Positions 25,726-41,990 are shown, numbered from the stretch's first letter. The stretch: 64,000 bases of DNA from Eledone cirrhosa (GCA_964016885.1 OZ024746.1:15686001-15750000), one strand, 5' to 3'. Translations and numbers: made by a program. The notes: generated by a model not told the origin, from the letters alone.

Positions 25726-26419
25726 AGCTTGCATGCTCCGCTGGATGTGTAACAGTAATATACGTGAACGGCAAAGCATAAACGAACTAAGGAAAAAATT
25801 AGAAATAAGAGGGATCAGATGTTGTTTACTCGAGAGAAGGCTATGTTGGTATGGTCACGTGATGCGCATGAAAGACGACAGCTGTATAACAAAGTGCAGG
25901 GCAATAAAGATAGACGGTAGCCACGGAGTAGGCAGACCCAGAAAAACCTGGGACGACCTGATAAATTCCGACCTCACACACTTACACCTCTCCAAGACAA
26001 TGTCACTGGACCGAGTTGTTTGGCGGTACTCAGTAATAGAGAAGACCCGCCTTACCTAAATACAAAGTAAAACCTACTACAGTCAGTAGGCATCTCTAAC
26101 AAAATACACCCCCCCCCCACCATCTACACCACCCCTTTCAATGTAAAGTTATGTTGGTGCCACAACATCCAGGCCGAAACAAATGAGATCGTGTAGGTGT
26201 CACGACAAAAAAACACACAGTCCACTCTGTAATGTGGCCGTGTAGGCAACACGGTAAAAACCTCCCATGTGGTTGGTGTTAGGAAGGGCATCCAGCTGTA
26301 GAAAACCCGCCAGACAGTCCTATGCGAGCAAGACAATCACTCTTGCCTCAAGTGGGAAAACCCCCGTCCAAACCCATGCAAGCATGGAACACGGACGTTA
26401 AACGTTGATGATGATGATA
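25726..26419 (+). mobile_element. RTE LINE 3' fragment
   Basis: MLRWMC...WYGHVMR...GRPRKTW; near-identical to 35920-36643; (GAT)n tail. Confidence 0.92.
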
Positions 26420-26461
26420 TATATTATAATATAATTATATATATATATATTATAATATAAT

Positions 26462-26505
<44 letters not shown>

Positions 26506-26789
26506 TATATATATATATATATATTATAATATAATTATATATATATATATATTATAATATAATTATATAATATATATATATTATAATATAATTATATAAT
26601 ATATATATATTATAATATAATTATATAATATATATATATTATAATATAATTATATAATATATATATATTATAATATAATTATATAATATATATATATTAT
26701 AATATAATTATATATATATATATATATTATATTATAATATAATTATATATATATATATATATATTATATTATAATATAATTATATATAT

Positions 26790-26790
<1 letters not shown>

Positions 26791-26823
<33 letters not shown>

Positions 26824-27176
26824 ACGTTTAACGTCCGTGTTCCACGCTTGCATGGGTTTGGACGGGGGTAGTCCCACTTGAGGCAAGAGTGATTGTCTTG
26901 CTCGCATAGGACTGTCTGGCAGGTTTTCTACAGTTGGATGCCCTTCCTAACACCAACCACATTTACAGTGTGGGTCTGGGAGGTTTTTACCGTGTTGCCT
27001 ACACGGCCACATTACAGCGTGGACTGTGTGTTTTTTTGTCGTGACACCTACACGATCTCATTTGTTTCGGCCCGGATGGCGCGGCACCAACATAACTTTA
27101 CATAGGACGGGGTGGTGTGGATGGGGTGGGGGTGGTGGTGGTGGGACGGGGTGTATTTTGTTAGAGATGCCTACTG
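26791..27176 (-). mobile_element. RTE LINE 3' UTR fragment
   Basis: Reverse complement of ~36275-36643, with (ATC)n tail. Confidence 0.9.
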
Positions 27177-27459
27177 GCAAGGCGGGTCATATATATTATA
27201 ATATAATTATATAATATATATATATATTATAATATAATTATATAATATATATATATATTATAATATAATTATATAATATATATATATATTATAATATAAT
27301 TATATAATATATATATATATTATAATATAATTATATATATATATATATATATATATTGCAAGAGATGTCAACATGAATGGACCTGTTATTTTTATCTAAA
27401 GACATTTTTTTCCAATTCCATCCCGCCCGAGGCCTCAATCTATTTTATTTCTCATTCTT

Positions 27460-27495
27460 TCTTCTGATGAAGGCCTAGCGTCCGAAATGTTAAGA
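27460..27495 (+). ncRNA. Minimal type I hammerhead ribozyme motif
   Basis: TCTT CTGATGA AGGCCTAGCGTCC GAAA TGT T AAGA. Stem III appears to be a CpG-decayed AACGTT palindrome. Confidence 0.6.
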
Positions 27496-27576
27496 CCCTC
27501 TTCGTGGTATATCAAGCGTTAACCTAATATATACCTTCCATATACTGTAACACACACATATATATATATATATATA

Positions 27577-27713
27577 ACGAAGGAAATGTGGTAAGGAACC
27601 AGGTGGACCATAACGCACCAAAATACTCAATACTTAGGGTAGTAGAGTGGGTAATAGTCCAGAATTAGCCGTCGAAACGGCTTGAGCTCAGCCGTCGGGG
27701 TCCTACTCGTTCC
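27577..27713. mobile_element. PLE-tail element, family A, copy 4 (inversion without duplication)
   Basis: Minus-oriented tail 27577-27657 is joined to the plus-oriented AGTCCAGAATTAGCCGTCGAAACGGC...CGTTCC. Confidence 0.75.
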
Positions 27714-27744
<31 letters not shown>

Positions 27745-27805
27745 TATAATATATATATATATAATATATAATATATATATATATATAATATATAAATATA
27801 TATAT

Positions 27806-30800
27806 TTACCATGCGACCCTCACTTCCTACCTCACAAGTTCCCTCCCCCCCACCCCCACACACCACCATAGTCTATTCGACCAACAAGTTCCCTCCCCAC
27901 CACCACTGTTCTTCTAGCCCTCAATTTTCCCACCGTTATGGATGGATGAGCTGAGAATACATTTGAGCAACTCTGAATCAATAGATGAAATATGAATCTG
28001 CGAGCTACCAAGCACCCACGTGAAGCGCCAACCCAGAGACCCTCCCCTACGAGTGTCGACAAATGCCCAAAACTCCGAGTTGGTACCATCAATGTAGGCT
28101 CAATGAAAGGAAGAGCAGGAGAAATCGTAGAAATGCTAGAGCGAAAGGAAGTTGATGTATGCTGTGTGCAAGAGACTAGATGGAGAGGAGGGTCTGCTAG
28201 AGTCCTTGTAGGAAAAAGCCAGTGCTACAAATTTTTCTGGGTGGGAAATGACGATGGGATGGGTGGTGTAGGTATACTATTAGCTGACAAGTGGGTAGAT
28301 AAAGTAATCTCAGTGTACAGGGTAAATGCAAGAATCATTAAACTCAGGCTAGTCCTGAATAAGACAATTACCACAATAATATCAGCTTACGCACCCCAAT
28401 CGGGGCTGCCAGACGAACTTAAGGATAGGTTTTACGAGTCCCTAATACACACTACTGCTCTAACAGACGACAAGGACTTCCTAATCATTGCAGGAGATTT
28501 TAACGGACACGTAGGTAAACACTGCGACGGCTTCAATAGAGTACATGGAGGCCATGGAGTTGGCACAAGGAATGAGGAAGGATTCAGACTTCTAGAATTC
28601 TGCGACGCCAATGACATGTCGATATGTAACACAAACTTTAAAAAACCCGACAACCACCTGATCACCTATAGATCAGGGGAGCACTCTAGTCAGTTAGATT
28701 TTATCCTCATCAGAGGACGTGACAGATGGACGGTCGTAAACACAAAAGCCTTCCCTAGTGAGGAATGTACATCCCAACATAGCTTAGTTGTCAGCGACCT
28801 CACGGTCAGAACTAGACGAGCCCTGAAACAGAGGCCAACCTGGAGAAGAAAGATCTGGAAGCTGAAAGTCCCCTCAACCAGTAACAGATTTAAAGATATT
28901 TTACTCAACGCCTACGACAGTAAAGAAGAACAGATAGAGACATTTAACGTAGAAGAGAACTGGGAGTTCCTAAAAAATAACTTACTAGAGGCGACGGATG
29001 AGGTTTGTGGCTGGAGTAAGACCTCAAGCAGGAGGAGAGTGACTTGGTGGTGGAACAATAAGGTAGATGAAGCAGTCAAGGCCAAGAGACAGGCATGGAA
29101 AGAATGGAAGAATGGGGGGAGCAGGGTACATTACATAGAGACCAAGAGGGAAGCTAGGCGACAAGTATACTTAGCTAGGAGGGAAGCAGAGGATAGAAAA
29201 TTCAAGCATGTTTTACAACGTGAGGACCAGAAACAGGAGGTATTCAAGATTGCGAGGCAGTGTGTCAGAGATAGTTGTGATGTCATTGGAGAGAAGTGTA
29301 TCTGGAATGATAAAGGTGAGCTTGCCCTCACAAGTGCTGAGAAGAAAGATGCATGGAAGAGTCATTATGATAGATTACTAAATGAGGAGAATGCATGGGA
29401 AGAAGAGACCCTACCCCACGTAGACCCTATAGAGGGACCAGCAGTACAAGTCAGCGGCAGCGTAGTAAGTAAGGCAATCAGAGATATGAAGATAGGGAAG
29501 GCAACCGGTCCATCGGGTATAGCTGCCGAGATGCTGAAGGCATCTGGGTCTGTAGGTCACACTATAACCACACGTATCGTTAACCAGGTAATACTAGAGG
29601 GGGCCATACCAAAAGATTGGTGCAGTAGCATCATTGTCAACTGCTACAAAGGTAAAGGCGATGCACTAGATAGAGGAAACTATAGAGGTATAAAGTTGAT
29701 GGACCAGGTCATGAAAGTAACAGAAAGAGTTATAGCACAGCTGATTAGGGACCGGGTGAATATAGACGAGATGCAATTTGGGTTTGTACCAGGGAAAGGC
29801 ACCACTGATGCCCTCTTCCTTGTGAGGCAATTACAGGAAAAGTACCTAGCTAAAAGTAAGCCACTCTACTTGGCATTTGTCGACCTTGAGAAAGCCTTTG
29901 ACAGAGTTCCACGTGCAGTAATCTGGTGGGCTCTTAGAAAACTAGGAGTAGATGAATGGCTTGTGAAAGCGGTACAAGCCATGTATAGGGGAGCAGTCAG
30001 CAAAGTTAGGATTAGCAATGAGTATAGCGAGGAATTTAGCGTACAGGTTGGTGTCCACCAGGGCTCTGTTCTTAGCCCTCTCCTGTTCATCATAGTCCTG
30101 CAGGCAATAACAGAGGAGTTTAAGACCGGATGCCCATGGGAACTCCTGTATGCTGATGACCTCGCACTCATAGCTGAATCTATGGTAGAACTAGAGAATA
30201 AATTCCAAACCTGGAAGCAGGGACTAGAGAGAAAGGGCCTCAAAGTCAACATGACAAAGACTAAGGTCCTTATAAGTAGACGAGAAAACAGAACCCAGAT
30301 CCCCTCAGGGAAATGGCCTTGCTCAGTATGTAGGAAAGGTGTAGGTAGGAACTCCATTCTCTGCCCCAAATGCAAACAATGGGTACACAAGAGATGTAGC
30401 GGGATCTCAGGAAGCTTAATTAAGAATGTAGGATTCACATGCAGCAGCTGTGCTGAAACAGCAAGCAAACAGCCACAGGAAACAAGTACCACCAATCTCT
30501 GGAGGGCCCTGTAGAAACAGTAGACAGCTTCTGCTACCTAGGTGACCGAATTAGTAACGGAGGTGGGTGCTCAGAAAGTACAATAACTAGGGTAAGAACG
30601 GGATGGAAGAAGTTTAGGGAACTACTACCACTGCTAGCTGCAAAAGGCTTCTCCCTCAGAATGAAAGGCAGACTGTATGATGCGTGTATCCGAACAGCGA
30701 TGTTGCATGGTAGTGAGACCTGGGCGCTGAAGGTGGAAGTCTTATGTAGATTAGAGAGAAACGAAGCCTGCATGCTCCGATGGATGTGTAACAGTAATAT

Positions 30801-31421
30801 ACGTGAACGACAAAGCATAAAGGAATTGAGAGAGAGGACTGAGCATAAGAGGAATCAAATGCTGCGTGCAGGAAAGGCGGTTACGCTGGTATGGACATGT
30901 GATGCGTATGAAGGATGACAGCTGCATAAAAAAGGTGCAGAGCACTAGAAGTTGATGGAAACCGCGGAGTGGGGAGACCCAAGATGACTTGGGATGAGGT
31001 GATAAAAACCGACCTTACCCAAACTACACCTCTCAAAGTCAATGACACACGACCGTGACTTCTGGCGTCACGCAGTAATACAGGGTACCCGACCTCCCAT
31101 GGGTACATGCTGAAGCATATAAACAATATGCCCCCACTCCCCCCACCGCAAAGGTGGTCGTGGAGGTGCCACGGCAAAAAAAGCACCCAGCCCACACTGT
31201 AAAGTGGACGTGTAGGCGCCACGAAAAAGCACCCAGCACTCACTGTAAATGAGGTTGGTGTTAGGAAGGGCATCCAGCTGTAGAAATCAAGCCAGATCAG
31301 TTCCTGTATGAGCAAGGCATGGTGAGCCGACCAGACACTGCCCACAAGAGGACAACCCGTCTAACCCATGCTAGCGTGGAAGAACGGACGTAAAACGGTG
31401 ATGATGATGATGATGATGATA
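27806..31421 (+). mobile_element. Near-full-length RTE-clade LINE
   Basis: Single ORF with APE and RT, a 3' UTR and a (GAT)n tail. Flanked by (TA)n. Confidence 0.95.
27992..30514 (+). CDS. RTE LINE protein: AP endonuclease, reverse transcriptase and PHD-like Cys/His finger; continues through frameshifts to ~31112
   Basis: TINVG, CVQETRW, SAYAPQ, GDFNGH, QLDFIL, SQHSLV; QFGF, DLEKAFD, GVHQGSVLSP, LYADDL; CSVC..CPKC..WVHKRC..CSSC. Confidence 0.92.
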   Translation: MNLRATKHPREAPTQRPSPTSVDKCPKLRVGTINVGSMKGRAGEIVEMLERKEVDVCCVQETRWRGGSARVLVGKSQCYKFFWVGNDDGMGGVGILLADKWVDKVISVYRVNARIIKLRLVLNKTITTIISAYAPQSGLPDELKDRFYESLIHTTALTDDKDFLIIAGDFNGHVGKHCDGFNRVHGGHGVGTRNEEGFRLLEFCDANDMSICNTNFKKPDNHLITYRSGEHSSQLDFILIRGRDRWTVVNTKAFPSEECTSQHSLVVSDLTVRTRRALKQRPTWRRKIWKLKVPSTSNRFKDILLNAYDSKEEQIETFNVEENWEFLKNNLLEATDEVCGWSKTSSRRRVTWWWNNKVDEAVKAKRQAWKEWKNGGSRVHYIETKREARRQVYLARREAEDRKFKHVLQREDQKQEVFKIARQCVRDSCDVIGEKCIWNDKGELALTSAEKKDAWKSHYDRLLNEENAWEEETLPHVDPIEGPAVQVSGSVVSKAIRDMKIGKATGPSGIAAEMLKASGSVGHTITTRIVNQVILEGAIPKDWCSSIIVNCYKGKGDALDRGNYRGIKLMDQVMKVTERVIAQLIRDRVNIDEMQFGFVPGKGTTDALFLVRQLQEKYLAKSKPLYLAFVDLEKAFDRVPRAVIWWALRKLGVDEWLVKAVQAMYRGAVSKVRISNEYSEEFSVQVGVHQGSVLSPLLFIIVLQAITEEFKTGCPWELLYADDLALIAESMVELENKFQTWKQGLERKGLKVNMTKTKVLISRRENRTQIPSGKWPCSVCRKGVGRNSILCPKCKQWVHKRCSGISGSLIKNVGFTCSSCAETASKQPQETSTTNLWRAL

Positions 31422-34276
<2,855 letters not shown>

Positions 34277-36643
34277 AGAGGACTATCAAGTGGCCAGGAG
34301 GGAAGCTAGGAGACAAGTGTACTTAGCAAGAAGGGAAGCTGAGGAAAGAAAGTTCAAGCATGTTCTACAACGCGATGACCAAAAACGTGAGGTGTTTAGG
34401 ATTGCTAGGCAATGCGTCAAGAAAACCGTGATATTGTCGGGGAGAAGTGTGTACTAAACGACGATGGCACACTTGCCATCACCGACGCTGATAAGAAGGT
34501 AGCTTGGAAGTGTCACTATGAAAGGCTACTAAATGAGGAGAATAAATGGGAGAAAGACAGTCTCCCCCATATCGACCCAATAGAGGGACCAGCAGTGTTA
34601 GTCGAGGGGAGTATAATAAGTAAGTCAATCAAGGATATGAAGACGGGTAAGGCGGCTGGGCCTTCGGAAATAGTTGCTGAGATGCTGAAGGCATCTGGCA
34701 CGGTGGGACACACCATGGTCACCCGCATAGTTAACCAAGTCGTACAGAATGGGGTTGTCCGAAGGACTGCATAGCAGCATCATCGTTAACTGTTATAAGG
34801 GTAAAGGAGACGCCCTAGATAGGAGTAACTATAGAGGCATTAAATTAATCGACCAGGTCATGAAGGTCACGGAAAAAGTAATAGCGCAACTAATCAGAGA
34901 GAGAATTGACCTAGATGAAATGCAGTTCGGGTTTGTGTCAGGCAAAAGTACCACAGACGCTCTTTTCATAGTACGACAACTACAGGAGAAGTACCTAGCT
35001 AAAGGTAAACCCCTCTACTTAGCTTTTGTCGACTTGGAGAAAGCCTTCGACAGAGTCCCCCGCTCCATTATCTGGTGGGCTCTAGAAAACTAGGTGTTGA
35101 CGAATGGCTTGTGAGGGCTATACAAGCCATGTATAAAGAAACAGTCAGCAAGGTTAGAATTAACAACGAATATAGTGAAGAGTTTAGCGTAAAAGTTGGC
35201 GTCCATCAGGGCTCTGATCTCAGCCCACTACTATTTATTATTGCCCTTCAGGCTATAACAGAGGAGTTCAAGACAGGCTGCCCATGGGAACTCCTATACG
35301 CAGACGACCTGACACTCATAGCGGAATCAATGGCCGAGCTAGAGAAGAAATTCCAAACATGGAAGCACGGCCTAGAGTCAAAAGGACTTAAAATTAACCT
35401 GGCTAAGACCAAAGTACTAGTTTGTAGGAAAGAAAACAAGGCGGCGGTCCCTTCTGGGAAATGGTCGTGCTCGGTGTGTAGGAAAGGCGTAGGTAGAAAC
35501 TCCATTTTATGTCCTAAATGCAAAGTATGGGTGCATAAAAGATGTAGTGGGATCACAGGTAAGCTAACTAAGAACATAGATTTTACATGTGGCCGGTGCT
35601 CTGGTGCAATAAGTAGCAGCAAGTGCCCACAAAATACTAGCTCTTTCAATTGTGCAGAGGGTTCTATAGAAATAGTGGACAGCTTCCGTTACCTGGGCGA
35701 TAAAATCAGCAGTGGAGGAGGGTGCTCTGAAAGTACTGTAGCTAGAGTCAGAACTGGTTGGAAAAAGTTCAGAGAGCTTATACCACTATTAGCTGCTAAA
35801 GGGTTCTCACTAAAAATGAAAGGCAGGTTGTACGATGCCTGCATACGAACAGCAATGCTGCATGGCAGTGAGACCTGGGCATTGTGTGCAGAGGATATAC
35901 GCAGACTAGAGAGGAACGAAGCTTGCATGCTCCGCTGGATGTGTAACAGTAATATACGTGAACGGCAAAGCATAAACGAACTAAGGAAAAAATTAGAGAT
36001 AAGAGGGATCAGATGTTGTTTACTCGAGAGAAGGCTACGTTGGTATGGACACGTGATGCGCATGAAAGTCGATAGCTGTATAACAAAGTGCAGGGCAATA
36101 AAGATAGACGGTAGTCACGGAATAGGCAGACCTAGAAAAACCTGGGACGAGCTGATAAACTCCGACATCACACACTTACACCTCTCCAAGACAATGTCAC
36201 TGGACCGAGACCTTTGGCGGTACTCAGTAACAAAGAAGACCCGCCTTACCTAAATATATAGTAAAACCTACTCCAGCCAGTAGGCATCACTAACAAAATA
36301 CACCCCCCCCCCCCACCCCCACCCCATCCACACCACCCCGTTCTATGTAAAGTTATGTTGGTGCCGCGCCATCGAGGCCGAAACAAATGAGATCGTGTAG
36401 GTGTCACGACAAAAAACACACAGTCCACGCTGTAATGTGGCCGTGTAGGCAACACGGTAAAAACCTCCCAGACCCACACTGTAAATGTGGTTGGTGTTAG
36501 GAAGGGCATCCAACTGTAGAAAACCTGCCAGACAGTCCTATGCGAGCAAGACAATCACTCTTGCCTCAAGTGGGACTACCCCCGTCCAAACCCATGCAAG
36601 CGTGGAACACGGACGTTAAACGTTGATGATGATGATGATGATG
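34277..36643 (+). mobile_element. 5'-truncated RTE LINE (second subfamily), with frameshifts
   Basis: ORF pieces 34412-34774, 34749-35093 and 35075-36253 are colinear with the 27992 ORF (YADDL, PHD-like finger, WYGHVMR); (GAT)n tail. Confidence 0.95.
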
Positions 36644-37423
<780 letters not shown>

Positions 37424-38084
37424 GTGTATGTGTATTTGTGTGTGTACGGGCTTGTGAGACAGCGTATATGTATAAACAACGTGTAAAAAAACAATTTGTA
37501 TTTCGACAGTCCAAGGGAGGCGACTCCGTGACATTTAGTCTTAACTGTTGAAAAGTGATATGTGAAGCAGGTTAACTCTGCCTTCCCAGCCACCATTGCT
37601 GTTGTTGTTGTACTCACGGCAACGGTTAGATGTCACACAGATGGTCCTGACTTCAGCTCCTCTCCCCCTTAACACTTAATTACTAAATAATTAAATAGAA
37701 TACTACTTTATACACACACATACACATTTACATACACACGCTCATACACTTACATACACACCCATATCTGCATACATACAAAAACATATCTACCTACATA
37801 CATACACACACATGTCTACATACATACACACATGCAATCACTCACACCCACATCTTATACACACACACACAAGCATCTACATACGTACGCACACGTCTAC
37901 ATGCGCACACGCACACACATATATCATCATCATCATCATCATCTCTTCTTTAATCAATCAACAAGACCCCAGACCTCATTCACTAACCAATCAGGGGTGG
38001 AACTTGTCAAATCAAATCAAGGAAACAATGTTTCTATCAATCTTTCCTATTACTGATACTATCAGTGGCAATTCCTGGCAGAAA

Positions 38085-38200
38085 GAATAATGTGAAATAA
38101 AGAGTCTTGCTTAAGGACACAATGCATCACATGATCCAGGAATCGAATTCACAACCTCATGATTGTGAATCCAATTCTCTAACTATTCAGCCACATGCCT
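38085..38200 (-). mobile_element. Degenerate tRNA-SINE head
   Basis: Reverse complement reads GGCATGTGGCTGAATAGTTAGAG..GGTTGTGAATTCGATTCCTGG..GTGTCCTTAAGCAAGAC; similar to 63907. Confidence 0.6.
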
Positions 38201-38654
38201 TCACAATTCATACCATCACCGTTAATACCATCATTTAACATCTGTTTCCCTGCTAGAAAGGGTTGGATGAGTCTCTGTCACAATCCAAGTAAGTACTGAA
38301 GGGCGTCTACTGACCCCTTCCACATTTTACTTACACGTGGTGCCACACTCTACCGAGTCCATTCTATTGTGCACCAGCTCTAATGAGGTTGTCATATCTT
38401 TGACACAACTGAAGGGACCTCTCAACTTTATGTTTGGCTGGAAAATCTTCCTATCACCAACTACTTTACAATGTGTATTGGGTGTATTTATCATGTAGCT
38501 CAACAACATTAAGGAGGATGTTGCACGGCTGATGCAACTGAAGGATCCTCTCAACCCTTTTTAGGCAGTGAGATATCCTTTCTATCGTCAACCACATTAG
38601 AGAGTGTACTGGGGTTGTTTTTTTCCAGTTGGGACCATAACCAACAGCATCTCT

Positions 38655-39300
38655 ATAATATGGCCAGATGTGGTTAAACCATTAACAGATATACCACTAT
38701 ATGTTATATATGGCCAGATGTGGTTAAACCATTAACAGATATACCACTATATGTTATATATGACCAGATGTGGTTAAACCACTAAAAGATCTACCACTAT
38801 ATGTTATATATGACCAGATGTGGTTAAACCATTAACAGATATACCACTATATGTTATATATGACCAGATGTGGTTAAACCACTAAAAGATCTACCACTAT
38901 ATGTTATATATGACCAGATGTGGTTAAACCATTAACAGATATACCACTATATGTTATATATGACCAGATGTGGTTAAACCATTAACAGATATACCACTAT
39001 ATGTTATATATGACCAGATGTGGTTAAACCACTAACAGATCTACCACTATATGTTATATATGATCAGATGTGGTTAAACCATTAAAAGATCTACCACTAT
39101 ATGACCAGATGTGGTTAAACCATTAAAAGATCTACCACTATATGACCAGATGTAGTTAAACCATTAACAGGTCTATGACTATATGTTATATATGACCAGA
39201 TGTGGTTAAACCATTAACAGGTCTATGACTATATGTTATATATGACCAGATGTGGTTAAACCATTAACAGATATACCACTATATGTTATATATGACCAGT
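38655..39300. repeat. 50-bp minisatellite (~13 copies)
   Basis: Unit TGACCAGATGTGGTTAAACCATTAACAGATATACCACTATATGTTATATA. Confidence 0.92.
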
Positions 39301-39750
39301 ATTACACAACACTACTGGTGATGCTTAAATCATTAACAGAATTACCACATGTTATATCTGGCCAGAATTACACTACACTAATAATAGTGGTTACACCATT
39401 AAGAGAACCACAACTACATGTTACATGTAGCCAGAATTACACTACACTAGTAATAGTGGTTAAACCATTAAGAGAACCACAACTACATGCTACATGTAGC
39501 CAGAATTACACTACACTAGTAATAGTGGTTAAACCATTAAGAGAACCACAACTACATGCTACATGTAGCCAGAATTACACTACACTAGTAATAGTGGTTA
39601 AACCATTAAGAGAACCACAACTACATGCTACATGTAGCCAGAATTACACTACACTAGTAATAGTGGTTAAACCATTAAGAGAACTACAAGCTACATGTAG
39701 CCAGAATTACACTACACTAGTAGACGTGGTTAAATCATTAAAAGAACTTC
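39300..39750. repeat. 69-bp minisatellite (~6 copies)
   Basis: Unit GCCAGAATTACACTACACTAGTAATAGTGGTTAAACCATTAAGAGAACCACAACTACATGCTACATGTA. Confidence 0.9.
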
Positions 39751-40032
39751 CACCATATTGTATTTATGTAAGGGAAGGAGAGTTACATATTTTTGTGCTT
39801 TGGTTGCTGACGACATCACAGGTGTTTTAGCAAGAAATAAGCAGACAATGATGTATAATTGGCAGGATCTACCGGTACATTTCATGGAGTCTTGGACTAA
39901 TTCCTTAGTCTGAGTAATTCATTTACAATGTTTAGGAGATGAAATTCTGCACATTTCACCAAATACCAATATGTCACAGCTAGTCACCATGTTGCCAAGA
40001 CATAAAACGGGGGCTTTGAAGTCTGCCAAGTT

Positions 40033-41273
40033 GAGGTTTAGTTAATGAGAACTCTGTAAATAACTTACCTGAGGTTTAGTTAATGATAACTGTGTAGGGA
40101 GCTTACCTGAAGTTTAGTTAATGACAACTGTGTAGGGAGCTTACATGAGGTTTAGTTAATGATAACTGTGTAGGGAGCTTACATGAGGTTTAGTTAATGA
40201 CAACTGTGTAGCAAGCTTACCTGAGGTTTAGTTAATGACAACTGTGTAGGGAGCTTACCTGAGGTTTAGTTAATGATAACTGTGTAGGGAGCTTACATGA
40301 GGTTTAGTTAATGACAACTGTGTAGCAAGCTTACCTGAGGTTTAGTTAATGACAACTGTGTAGGGAGCTTACCTGAGGTTTAGTTAATGATAACTGTGTA
40401 GGGAGCTTACATGAGGTTTAGTTAATGACAACTGTGTAGCAAGCTTACCTGAGGTTTAGTTAATGACAACTGTGTAGGGAGCTTACCTGAGGTTTAGTTA
40501 ATGATAACTGTGTAGGGAGCTTACATGAGGTTTAGTTAATGACAACTGTGTAGCAAGCTTACCTGAGGTTTAGTTAATGACAACTGTGTAGGGAGCTTAC
40601 CTGAGGTTTAGTTAATGATAACTGTGTAGGGAGCTTACATGAGGTTTAGTTAATGACAACTGTGTAGCAAGCTTACCTGAGGTTTAGTTAATGACAACTG
40701 TGTAGGGAGCTTACCTGAGGTTTAGTTAATGACAACTCTGTAGATAACTTACCTGAGGTTTAGTTAATGACAACTGTGTAGGGAGCTTACCTGAGGTTTA
40801 GTTAATGACAACTCTGTAGATAACTTACCTGAGGTTTAGTTAATGACAACTCTGTAGATAACTTACCTGAGGTTTAGTTAATGACAACTCTGTAGATAAC
40901 TTACCTGAGGTTTAGTTAATGACAACTGTGTAGGGAGCTTACCTGAGGTTTAGTTAATGACAACTCTGTAGATAACTTACCTGAGGTTTAGTTAATGACA
41001 ACTGTGTAGCGAGCTTACCTGAGGTTTAGTTAATGACAACTGTGTAGCGAGCTTACCTGAGGTTTAGTTAATGACAACTGTGTAGATAACTTACCTGAGG
41101 TTTAGTTAATGACAACTGTGTAGCGAGCTTACCTGGTGTTTAGTTAATGACAACTCTGTAGATAACTTACCTGAGGTTTAGTTAATGACAACTGTGTAGC
41201 GAGCTTACCTGGTGTTTAGTTAATGACAACTCTGTAGATAACTTACCTGAGGTTTAGTTAATGACAACTTACC
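40033..41273. repeat. 38-bp minisatellite (~32 copies) with a trimeric higher-order block
   Basis: Unit GAGGTTTAGTTAATGACAACTGTGTAGGGAGCTTACCT. Confidence 0.95.
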
Positions 41274-41439
41274 TTCAGGCTTCAGTAAAAAACTTGGCAT
41301 GGGGCTGAACACAAATGTCCATTGTTGCAGAGCAGACTGCTTAATCACATAGCCATGTCTAAGCCTGTCTGTCTGTCTGTCTCTATTGTATCAACATCTA
41401 TACACTGTCTGTTAGGTGAGCACCTACACACAGTATCAG

Positions 41440-41477
<38 letters not shown>

Positions 41478-41500
41478 ATGTATAATAAACAATACAATAT

Positions 41501-41578
41501 AATTACCTCATTACCAGAGGTTTCCCGAATAAGACGAATACAAGAAACGTCCTCATTCGTTCGTCAGACAAGGCAATT
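41501..41578 (-). ncRNA. Complete canonical type I hammerhead ribozyme
   Basis: Reverse complement reads AATTGCCTTGT CTGACGA A-CGAATGAGGACG..CGTCTTATTCG-G GAAA CC-TCT-GG TA ATGAGGTAATT. All three stems pair (with G-U pairs). Confidence 0.82.
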
Positions 41579-41833
41579 TAAAACAGTGAAATATTTTAAA
41601 AATCTCCTCAAGAAAGGCAAAAGTTTAACGGGCAAAAAAAAAATATAAATAAAAGTAATGCAAGAGATATATAAAAATAAAGTAAGGAAATATAGTTAGG
41701 GTATGTGTATAAATGTGTGTGTATGCACCTACAAATGTACCTATGTGTGTATGTACAAATTTAGCTCTGTAACTTACAAAGAGCACTCTTCACTCCTATG
41801 ACTTTTTCAATTTTCAACGGAAACTTCAATACT

Positions 41834-41869
<36 letters not shown>

Positions 41870-41877
41870 TACACATG

Positions 41878-41990
41878 TCATCATCATCATCATCATCGTT
41901 TAACTTCCATCTTCCACGCAAGCATGGGTTTGGATGGCAATTTTCCCACTTGAGGCAAGATTGGTTGTCTTGCTCGTATAGGACTGTCTG
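41878..41990 (-). mobile_element. RTE 3' tail fragment
   Basis: (ATC)n followed by similarity to 26820-26918. Confidence 0.8.

Noticed and set aside
39252-39830. 192-aa ORF with a 23-aa repeat
   Set aside because: Read-through of the 69-bp minisatellite.
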